Below, piece by piece: positions 6,944 through 18,900 of a DNA stretch of 64,000 nucleotides; positions within the stretch are counted from its first letter, which is position 1; every line of letters starts with the position of its first letter. The stretch comes from an uncultured archaeon. Its GTDB lineage: Archaea; Nanobdellota; Nanobdellia; Woesearchaeales; CAIVOO01. The position numbers were made by a program, and so were the translations under genes. The notes beneath the pieces are model-generated. The model worked only from the letters and a program-made list of their open reading frames with translations. It was not told the DNA's origin and ran no database searches. The stretch spans positions 13,928-77,927 of the forward strand of contig CAWJRI010000012.1 of assembly GCA_963845175.1 (NCBI GenBank), read 5' to 3'.

Positions 6944-9900
6944 AGACAAATTAAGCGAGCTGGAGAAGAGGTTTGAGGAGTGCAAGCTCTCGCTTACTGA
7001 ATATGATATCTTAAAAGAGAAGCTAATCAAGAAATATGACTTGGCTGAGCCAGCCAAACCTCCAAGAATAGAAAAGAAGAAGCCAAGAAAGCTGGCGATT
7101 GGAATAGCTGTTTTGGTTGTCTTGATTGGATTATTCTTCTTGGTAAAGGCGCCTTCATTTACCGGCTTGTTTATGCAGAATGTAAGCAACGAGACAAATG
7201 CCAGTATTAATATAAGTGTGGTTTTGAATGAAAGTCAGATAAATGAAACTTTGAATGTTTCAATTAAGAACATTGGTTTAGAGAATATAACTGAAAATCT
7301 AACTTCAAATAATTCAATCAAGAATATTAGTTTAGAAAACAAAATTAAAAAAATCATTCCAAAAACTGCGTTGGACAAATTAAATGACAAATTCAATGGT
7401 ATCAATTTTGAAAAGGATAAAAACTACTTAAAAATAAAACACAAAAAAGCAGAAATAAGGCTAAAGGGCGCGAATGAGTCAGAGATAAAAGAAGTCCAGG
7501 TTGCAAGCGAAGATGAGATTAAGATAAAAAATAAAAAAGCTTCTTTCGGAACGCCTGTTGTCGCGATAAACTCAATAAACATAACAAATGCCACAATTAT
7601 TCTGGACAAGGAAGGGCCTGTCAATAGGATTGTCTACTGCCCTGACTGGAATTTTACTGGAGAAAGCTGCTCTGCGTGGGTTGAAACAAACATTCCATTC
7701 ACGGATTTGGGCGACAAGATAAGCTTTACAGTGACCCACTTCACAGCTTATGCAGGAAGCTTTGTGACAAATGTTGCTTCTGAATGGGATGCGGGATTGT
7801 TCACAAACACTGAGAAACTTGGCAATGTGACAATTCTTTCTGGAGCGAACACAACAGGAACATATTTGAGCTACGTCTACAGAAATGGGACAACAGCAAA
7901 CGACGCAGTTATTGTGGACTGGACGAAACTTGCGTGGGTGGATGATTACAACGGAACAACACATTATCAGGAAGCGCCGGTAAGAAGTGGAATGGTCGGC
8001 TACTGGAAACTGAACAACAACACGCTGGACAGTAGCACAAAGCACAACAATATGACAAGCTACGAGGCAACACCAACGACAGAGTGCGTTTTCGGAACAG
8101 GGAACTGCGCTTATGATTTTGGTGGAACAAGCAGTTATATGACTGCATTGAACAGTGCCGACTTTGATTTTGGCACAGGAGATTTTACAGTAGAGGTATG
8201 GGTTTATCCAACAGGAGATCCTTCTTCAATGGAGGAAATAATAAACAAGGCAGACTCAACTTCTTATGCACCTTTCAGGATTTTAAGAGTGCCAACAGGA
8301 GGCGGACTAAATTATTTAATGTCGAACACCGCGGGAAGTTGGGTAACATACGGAGGCGTATGGTACGGAGACAGCGCATACGCACCGCTAAACAAGTGGA
8401 CACACATCGTGCTGACAAGAAATTCGGGTACAGCACACTTCTACGTGAACGGAGTGCAGGTTTCGAGTATGTCAGCAAACTACCAAGTCTATAATGACGC
8501 AAGCGAAGTCGCAATAGGCAGACTCCTGCATTACGGAACACCCTACTGGTTCCAGGGCAAAATAGACAATGTAATTATTTACAAAGACAAGGGACTAACG
8601 CAAGACGAAGTAAAAGAGGAATATGCAAGAGGCGCGAAAGAGCTGAACATAACTCTGGCGTACAGAACAACTAATCTGACGCAGGAAGTTTACAACACAA
8701 GCGGGCTGCTTGGCTGGTGGAAGCTGGACGAGAACGCGACAGACTTCTCAGGAAACGGCAACAACGGGAACATTGTCGGAGCAGCAAAAATAGGCGGATA
8801 TTTCAACAACAGCTACATGTTTGACCTTGCGTACCTCAAATACATAGACGTGGGAACAGGGCTGAACGCGCAAACTGTGATGACTCTCGAAGCCTGGGTA
8901 AACCCTCACAGTGGATATTCACATATAGGGGGCATAATATCAAAGTATCAACAGGGAGCAAGCCCAGCAGGAAGCTATTACATGGACATAGATGACGCAC
9001 TGCATCCCAACTATGCATTCTACGGGCTGTCTCCTTCATGCGCAGGGTCAGTAACAAGTTACACATTCCCGACAGATAAATGGACTTACTATGCAATTAC
9101 GTACGACGGAAGCAAGGTAATAACATACATCAACGGAAACGATATAGATGAAAGAGCCTGCTCCGGAACAATAACACAGTCGTCAGCAACAGTATGGATA
9201 GGAAACCTAAACCAGCCTGCATATTATTATAACTACTATGGCAAAATCGACAGCGCGAGAGTTTACAACAGAAGCCTTTCAGCAGAGGAAATAAAATACA
9301 ACTACTGGCATGCAAACTTTACAGGCAGAAACTTCGGAGCTTACAAGGCAGAAAGCCCAGCAACAATAAACCAAAACGCAAAATACTTCCAGTACAAGGC
9401 AAAACTAGTCAGCAACGCAAGTGGGTACACTCCATTCCTAGAAAAAACTGAAGCAAATTTCTCATTTACATCTGGTAACACTGCTCCGACGCAGGGAACT
9501 CCTAAATTAAATTCAACTCACAGAACAAACAAGTCAAATGAAAATCTGACTGTCTATAACACTTCAACCTACGATGCTGATGGTGATCATGTTACAAACA
9601 TAATCAACTGGTACAGAAACGGAAATTCAATAACTGCGCTGAACATGCCTTTCAATTCCAACAATTCAGCTGGAGCTGGAAAGACAAAAGATTATTCTGG
9701 AAATGGAAATAATGGAACTATTAATGGAGCGACGTGGAGTGCAACATCTGGATTTGACGGAAAAGGAGCATACAGCTTTGACGGAACAAACGACTACATT
9801 ACAATTCCACATTCATCTTCAATAAATATTATCTCAGGCCAAGCAACTTATTCAATGTGGCTCAAAAGAGGCAGGTCTGGAGCTACTGAAGTATTGTTTG

Positions 9901-12900
9901 ACAAGAACTCTGTAACACCAGAGCCAGTTTATATCAGGTTCAGCAATAATGACCGCATTTATATTCAGATATTTGCCAACGATGGCTCTTATCATTATTT
10001 TTTTGCTTCAAGCACTTCTACGATTACTGATACGGACTGGCATTTATTAGATGTAGTCTTTGATTATGATACTTGGACAAATTCAAAAATTTACATTGAT
10101 GGGGTGGCGGAAACATTATACAGCCCAACTCAATTTGGAACGCAAATTGCATTAACAAACACAGGGATACTTACTATTGGCTCACCTAATTCTGGTGCAG
10201 ATTATAATTTCAACGGCAAAATAGACAATGTAAGAATCTACAACAGAGCTTTGTCAGCAGCGCAGATAAAAGCATTGTACAACAACAGAACAGATAGAAT
10301 TGTCTCGCAGGAATTAAATGCAGGAGAAATCTGGAAAGCGTCGATCACGCCGAATGATGGTTACGCTGACGGACTGACAAAGTTCTCGAACAACGTAACA
10401 ATACTCAGCTCAGCTAATACAGCACCTACACAAGGGACACCAATACTGAATTCAACGCACGGCACAAATAGGTCAAATGAAAATCTGACTGTCTATAACA
10501 CTTCAACCTACGATGCTGATGGTGATCATGTTACAAACATAATCAACTGGTACAGAAACGGAAATTCAATAACTGCGCTGAACATGCCTTTCAATTCCAA
10601 CAATTCAGCTGGAGCTGGAAAGACAAAAGATTATTCTGGAAATGGAAATAATGGAACTATTAATGGAGCGACGTGGAGTGCAACATCTGGATTTGACGGA
10701 AAAGGAGCATACAGCTTTGACGGAAGCAATGATATAACTGTAAGTGATTCATCATCTCTTAAATTAGGAAGAGGGTCATTCACAATAAGTTTATGGCTCA
10801 AAACTGGTTATCATGGATATCAATTAATTCTTGGAAAATATAATCCTACTTATCCATATGAAGATTATGAAATTAGTATGTTAGATGCTTCAACAATAAG
10901 AGGCTGTGCAATAGACTGTGGCACGAGTGCTTGTGGATTTGGTTCTACAAGGTTCTGTCTTCCAGTAACTTTCTCGATTGCAGATAATCAATGGCATTAT
11001 ATTACTTATACGCGAAGTGGTAGTTTAGAAACATTCTATATTGATGGCGTTTCTTTAGGAACACTTACTCAAGGACCATTGAATACGGATTCTACAGGAG
11101 TGCTTCATATCGGCAGTACATCTTTTAGCGGAAAAATAGACAACATAATCATTTACAATAGAAGTCTGACAGCGCAAGAAATCAAGGCATTGTACAACAA
11201 TAGGACAGATAGGATTGTTTCGCAGGAGTTAAATGCAGGAGATATTTGGAAAGCGGCAGTCACCCCCAATGACGGCTACACAGACGGACTCACAAAATTC
11301 TCAAACAACATAACAATACTCAGCGCAGCTAATACGGCACCTACACAGGGAACGCCTAAATTAAATTCAACCCACGGCACAAACAGATCAAATGAAAACC
11401 TGACTGTTTACAATGTTTCGACTTATGATGCAGAAGGTGATCCTGTCACAAACATAATCAACTGGTACAAAAACGGAAATTCAATTATGGCTCTGAACAT
11501 GCCGTTCAACTCAAACAATTCAGCCGGAGCTGGGAAGACAAAAGATTATTCTGGACATGGAAATAATGGAACTGTTAATGGCGCAACCTGGATTTCAAAT
11601 GGAGGGTTTGACGGAAAAGGAGCTTACAGCTTTGACGGAAGCGATTATGTAAGCTGTGGAAATAGAGCAAAAACTGTATTAAATGATAGGCTTACTCTTG
11701 AAGCTTGGATTAAGCCGACTGTAGGAGCAACCAGTCCGATAGTTGGGAAAGACTCCCAATCTCCTGGCTGGGAAAGCTATGCAATGTCACTTTCAACTGC
11801 TGGAGAAGTTGTAATGCAACTTACGAATGGTGCAACTTACTCTTATGTTAAATCAAGCGGGGTTGTATCTAACGGAGTATGGTCACATGTTGCAGTAACT
11901 TGGCAATATACAGGAGCAGGAGGAATGACTGATGTTTCAATTTACATAAATGGAGTTAAGCAAACAAATTTCCTTGTTGCTCAAACAGGAGAGCCATCTA
12001 CTTTATCAGCAGCAACAGGAGATTTAAGAATTGGAATGCTCGCAAACCAGGCATATTATTTCACAGGCAAAATAGACAATGTAAGAATCTATAACAGAAG
12101 CCTGTCAGCAGAACAGATAAAAGCATTGTACCAGAATAGGACAGATAGGATTGTTTCGCAGGAGTTAAATGCAGGAGATATTTGGAAAGCGGCAGTCACC
12201 CCCAATGATGGTTATTCAGATGGACTGACAAAGTTCTCAAATAATGTGACAATACGCGCCCCAGCTGTAGCTAACACAGCATCTACACAAGGGACACCAA
12301 TACTGAATTCAACGCACGGCACAAATAGGTCAAATGAAAACCTGACTGTTTACAATGTTTCGACTTATGATGCAGAAGGTGATCCTGTTACAAACATAAT
12401 CAACTGGTACAGGAATGGAACTTCGATTGCTGTGCTAAATATGCCGTTCAACTCAAACAATTCAGCTGGAGCTGGAAAGACAAAGGATTACTCAGGCTTA
12501 GGAAATAATGGAACTGTTAATGGAGCAAAATGGATTCCAAATGGAGGGTTTGACGGAAAAGGTACATACAGCTTCGACGGAAGCGGAACTTACATAGATT
12601 TAGGAACAGGATTAAATGTACAAACCGAAATGACATTTGAAGCGTGGGTGATGCCACATTATCCATTTCCACAAATAGGAGCAATACTATCAAAGTTTAA
12701 TCAATACGGAAGTCCACCAGGAAGCTACTATTTTACAATAGATGGGAATTTACACCCGAATTACTATATTTATGGACCAGCTTGTTCGGGACAGGTAAAT
12801 AGTTATACATTCCCGACAGAACAATGGACGCACTACGCTGTAACGTATAATGGAAGTAAAGCAATAACATATATTAACGGACAGAAAGTAGATGAAATAA

Positions 12901-15900
12901 GCTGTTCGGGTGCGATACAGCATTCAGCGTCAAGCGTATGGATAGGGAATTTAAATCAGCCAGCATATTATTACAAATATTTCGGAAAAATAGACAGCGT
13001 AAGATTATACAATACATCTTTGTCAGCGGCGCAGATAAAAGCATTGTACCAGAATAGGACAGATAGGATTGTTTCGCAGGAGTTAAATGCAGGAGATATT
13101 TGGAAAGCGGCAGTCACCCCCAATGATGGTTATTCAGATGGACTGACAAAGTTCTCAAATAATGTGACAATACGCGCCCCAGCTGTAGCTAACACAGCAC
13201 CTACACAAGGGACACCAATACTGAATTCAACGCACGGCACAAATAGGTCAAATGAAAACCTGACTGTTTACAATGTTTCGACTTATGATGCAGAAGGTGA
13301 TCCTGTTACAAACATAATCAACTGGTACAGGAATGGAACTTCGATTGCTGTGCTAAATATGCCGTTCAACTCAAACAATTCAGCTGGAGCTGGAAAGACA
13401 AAGGATTACTCAGGCTTAGGAAATAATGGAACTGTTAATGGAGCAACCTGGAATGCAACAGCTGGATTCGATGGGAAAGGCGCCTACAGCTTTAATGGTA
13501 ATACTAATAATTACATATCCTGGACTTATACAAAACCTCAAAACAGCTTTACTATGGTGGCATGGGTCAAAGCAACTACAACGCACGAAATTGATTCTTT
13601 ATCGGATCCTCTTGGTGGAGTAAGCGGTGAAAAATATGTATTCTGGCCAAATCATGAAGCTAATAGTAGTGCTGGTGCTGGACTTTCTGTCGGAACAAAT
13701 GGTATAACTGTATACGAACATGGAGATTGGTACCTGCCTGCAGTTGCCGAATATATTGGTAACTTGTCAACACATTGGCACCACATTGCCATAGTTTACG
13801 CCAACAAGCAACCTAAAATTTATTTAGATGGCGCTTTAGTAAGTACTGGCGGAATATCCACGAGGACGATAGTTTATGCTCCAACCCAAATGGGTTCAGG
13901 TTCTTATGGTGGTTTCCCAGGTTTAATAGAAGATGTCCGTATCTACAACAGTTCATTATCAGCAGTAGAAATAAAAGCATTGTACAACAACAGGACAGAC
14001 AGGATTGTCTCGCAGGAATTAAATGTAGGAGATATTTGGAAAGCGTCAATCACGCCGAACGACGGCTACAGCGACGGGCTGACAAAGTTCTCAAACAATA
14101 TAACAATCAAAGCTAACATACCGCCGACACAGGGAACGCCGATATTGAACTCAAGCAAGAGGTTGAACAGATCAAATGAAAACCTGACTGTCTACAATGT
14201 CTCAACCTATGATGCTGACAGCGATCCTGTTACAAACATAATCAACTGGTACAGAAACGGAAATTCAATCATGGTTCTGAACATGCCGTTCAATTCGAAC
14301 AATTCAGCCGGAGCTGGGAAGACAAAAGATTATTCTGGACATGGAAATAATGGAACTGTTAGTGGAGCAACCTGGATTTCAGATGGAGGGTTTGACGGGA
14401 AAGGCGCATACAGATTCAATGATAGTAAGTCAGATTTCATCAATCTTGGAACAGGCAGTTCATTAACAATTGCAGATAAAATCACTTTAGAAGCATGGAT
14501 CTACCTTCCGGACTTAACAGGATATCATCCAATTATCTCAAAACAAGGATACAGTGTGTTAAGATACAATTACGCGTTTGGAACAAGTGGTGCAAATATT
14601 TACTTGTGGCTTGATGCAGAGGGTGGGGGGACAGCCGGAGAGATTATAACAACAGACAATCCTATCACAACAACAGGCTGGCATCACATAGTTGCCTCAT
14701 ATGATGGAAGTTACGAAGCCATTTATCTGGATGGTGTGGACGTAAAGCATCAAGTAGTATCTATAACGCTGGCAAATTCAGGCACACATGCCTGCTACAT
14801 AGGAAGAGAGGATTACAATACTGGAATCTCGGGGCTTTTCAACGGAAAGATAGATTCAGCAAGAATTTATCATCGAGCTTTGACTGCGCAGCAGATAAAA
14901 GCGTTGTACAACAACAGGACAGACAAGATTGTTTCGCAGGAATTAAGTGCTGGAGATGTTTGGAAAGCATCAATCACGCCGAATGACGGATACAGCGACG
15001 GGCTGACAAAGTTCTCAAACAATGTAACAATACTAAGTTCAGCAGCAGCAAATACACCGCCAACACAGGGAACGCCGATACTAAATTCTACTCACAGAAC
15101 AAATAAGTCGAATGAGAATCTGACTGTCTACAATGTCTCAACCTATGATGCTGACAGCGATCCTGTTACAAACATAATCAACTGGTACAGAAACGGAAAT
15201 TCAATCATGGTTCTGAACATGCCGTTCAATTCGAACAATTCAGCCGGAGCTGGGAAGACAAAAGATTATTCTGGACATGGAAATAATGGAACTGTCGATG
15301 GAGCGACGTGGAGTGCAACAGCTGGATTTGACGGGAAGGGTGCATACATGTTTAGCAGCAGTTATATTGAAAGAGCCTACGACCCTGACTTTACTCCAGG
15401 AACCAAAAGCTGGACAGTTGCGGCATGGATAAAAGTTCCGCTTACTGAGGGTCCACCGTCGTTCATTGCAGACTGGTATAGATGCGGCGCTAATCCTTCA
15501 TGCGGTAGTCCTGATTCTGCATTATACAGTCTAAGCATAATTAATAACAACAAAGTAAATTGGCATGTAAGAGATGATAATAGTAATGATGTATCACTAA
15601 CAAGTTCTTCAGCTGTTGCAGATAATAATTGGCATTATATAGTTGGAACTTTTGACCCAACAAATGACTTAACAAAGTTATATATAGATGGAGCTGAAGT
15701 TGCGACAAATAATACACCCTTAACTTCTCTTTCAGACGGCGGTGTGTCAATACCATTAGAAATTGGACGACGTTTTGTAACAGGATGGGGTTCACCAAGT
15801 GGTTATTTGTACGGCAAAATAGACGATGTAAGAATCTATAGCAGAGCGCTGACAGCTGCGCAGATAAAAGCGTTGTACAACAACAGAACAGATAGGATTG

Positions 15901-18900
15901 ATTCGCAGGAATTAAAAGTTGGAGAGACTTGGAATGCGAGCGTTACGCCGAACGACGGCTACGCAGATGGGTTGACAGAATTCAGCAATTCGGTCACTAT
16001 TAAGTCGTCAACCCCTCCAAACATAACGAAGGTACAGCTGCATGACAAAAACAAAAAGCCGATAACAAACAAGACGCTCGTAAAAGCAGGGGAAAATATA
16101 ACAATAAATGTGACTGTGGCGCAGACAGAGGGAACAGTGAGCAGCGTCTGGATAAAAGTATGGAAAACTGTTGCAAACGCATTTACAACAATCTTTGAAG
16201 GAGTCCTAAATTTAATTTCTGGCAATCTGTGGCAGATAACAATAACAACAAATGGAAGCTGGACGCATGGCACGAATTACACCATCTACGCGAATGACAC
16301 AACTAATATAATAACGTCAAGAAATGAGAAAGTGTTTGTCAATAATCTGCCAACACAGGGTGTGCCGGCATTAAGTTCTCTCCTTAGAAGAAATGGAACA
16401 AATGAAAACCTAACTGTTTACAATACATCTACATATGACAGAGACAAAGATCCTGTTACAAACATAATCAACTGGTACAGGAATGGAACTTCGATTGCTA
16501 TGCTGAACATGCCGTTCAATTCGAACAATTCAGCCGGAGCTGGGAAGACAAAAGATTATTCTGGACATGGAAATAATGGAACTGTCGATGGAGCGACGTG
16601 GAGTGCAACAGCTGGATTTGACGGGAAGGGTGCATACAGCTTCACTGGAACAAATGGAGAATACATAGATGCAGGAAACGTGCCAGGAATAAATGGAGCA
16701 TCTGCATTGTCAGTTGAAGCCTGGGTTTATGTTAATGCATTTTCAGGCGATAATGGAATTGTTGCGAAAAGAGTTGCAGGCGTTGGAGAGGGCTTTCAGC
16801 TTATAAGTTATGATAGTGGAGGCAATCATTTCCATTGGTATCCAGAAACAACCGGAACAAATAATGTTGCTTCTTCAGTTAAAAATAAAGTTATCAATAC
16901 TTGGTATCATGTCGTTGGAACTTATGATGGTTCTTACGCAAGGATTTATGTTAATGGCGTTCTTGAGGATACACAAGTGGTTACGGGAACAATAATATCT
17001 TCAGCAGCGTCAATATGGATAGGAAATTATTATAGCACAGACCACCCTTTTGACGGCAAAATAGACAGCATAAGAATATACAATAGAGCGCTAAGTCCGG
17101 CGCAGATAAAGGCATTATACAACAACAGAACAGATTTAATTGTCGCTGAAGAAACAAAAAGCAAGGAAACATGGAAGGCGTGCATAACGCCGAACGACGG
17201 CTACGGAGACGGACCAACAAACTGCTCAAACAATCTCACAATAAATACAGCTCCAACGGTTGTACTGGCAGGCCCTGCCAATAACTCTGTTTGGAATATC
17301 CCGCCAACCTTCAGCTGGACTTATTCTGACAGCGACAATGATGTCCAGCAAGAATACCATATTATTATGGACAATGATAGTGACTTCTCCTCGCCGGAGA
17401 TAAATAGCACGGTAGTGAGCAGCAACAATTACACGCAGATAATGCCAAACAATCCAGGCAGTTATTACTGGAAAGTTCAGGTTTACGACGGCAAGGAATG
17501 GAGCAACTTCTCTGGCACAAGAAAGTTCACAACTACATGCCTAAGCCCATACAATGATATGTACATTAATTCAAACACAAAGCTGTGCAGCGGAACTTTC
17601 CATATTAATGACAGCTACCCTGATGGCGTCTTGATTTTAAATGCATCAGACATAATCTTAGACTGCAACAATGCAACTTTAATTGGAAATGGAGCGAACT
17701 ATGGGATTTATGTCAATCAAAAAAACAATATTACAATCAAGAACTGCATATTGAAAAATTATAATTATGGGATCTATTCTTGGTATTCGAACAATTCCAA
17801 AATAATAAATAATAAATTTTCCAACAGCACAATATATTTGTCTTCTTCACATTATTTCAACATAATAAGCAATTATATAAGCGCAAGTGGAAAACTCATA
17901 GACCTTGAGGGTTCTCGTCATACAAATATTTTCAACAATAAGATAAGCAAGAACCTATCTATTGATTTGTTTACCGGAAGTGGCAGCGGTGGACAGATTT
18001 ATGCATATCATTCACCCTACACTTATGCGCTAAATAACACATTCAAATATTCTGGAGGCATAAGGTTTTCCTGGAGCGACAACAGCAGCGCAGTCAACAA
18101 TACAGTTACTGATTTTAGCACAGCTTTTGCTGGCTTGATTGGCGTAGATGGTTCTAATGGGATTCTTTTCGAAGGAAACAATATAACAAACACAATGGGG
18201 CTGCTTGGTGCATTATATGCAGATGGTTCAAAAAATGTAATAATTAAAAGAAACAAAGTAGAGAACAACTTGCTCATGATGCTAACAATTACAAACTGCA
18301 ATAATATAACCGTCAGAGACAATAATCTAATGTCGAACAAAGACGCATGGTACATAAAGAACATATCTGCTATTTACGAAGAAATTACAAACCAGACTTT
18401 CCCGACATCCCTTGGAATTGACGGTTCGTCGTCATTCTTAATGACTTTGTTACAGCAGCTTTTCAGCCATGTTGAATCTGGCGCATTTAATATAAGTGGA
18501 GGAAATATAACGGGCGTTAATCTGGATGCTATGTCTTTATTGAAAATTCTCGGTCCGGTTTATTCGACAAATGTCAACAATATGACCTTAGTTAGCAACA
18601 ATCTAACCTTTGACAGCTTTAAAATTATGGCGAATCTGAGAGCTAACAAAGTTGATGTTAAGCGCGATGATGTTTCATTTGGAGCAGCTGTCGCGTACAT
18701 CGAAGGAAGTGATAATATTATCGAAAATAACTCTTTCATATTCAACAATAGCGGAGTTTCAATACACAGCTATGGAAATGTCACAGACATAGAAAACAAC
18801 AGATTAAACATAATTCTGGGTTCCTTCGCCCTGCAGGGAAATTCGAACAGAGTCTACCATAACAAGATGGCAATTGAAAAAAGCGGCATTGACCTGAATT

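Noticed and set aside
9476-17240. Diversity-generating retroelement (template/variable repeat pair) acting on the LamG modules
   Set aside because: No reverse transcriptase is in the window. The near-identical repeat pairs are either perfect or differ at a T/C position, not by adenine-specific substitutions. The variable parts are whole domains, not a short VR.
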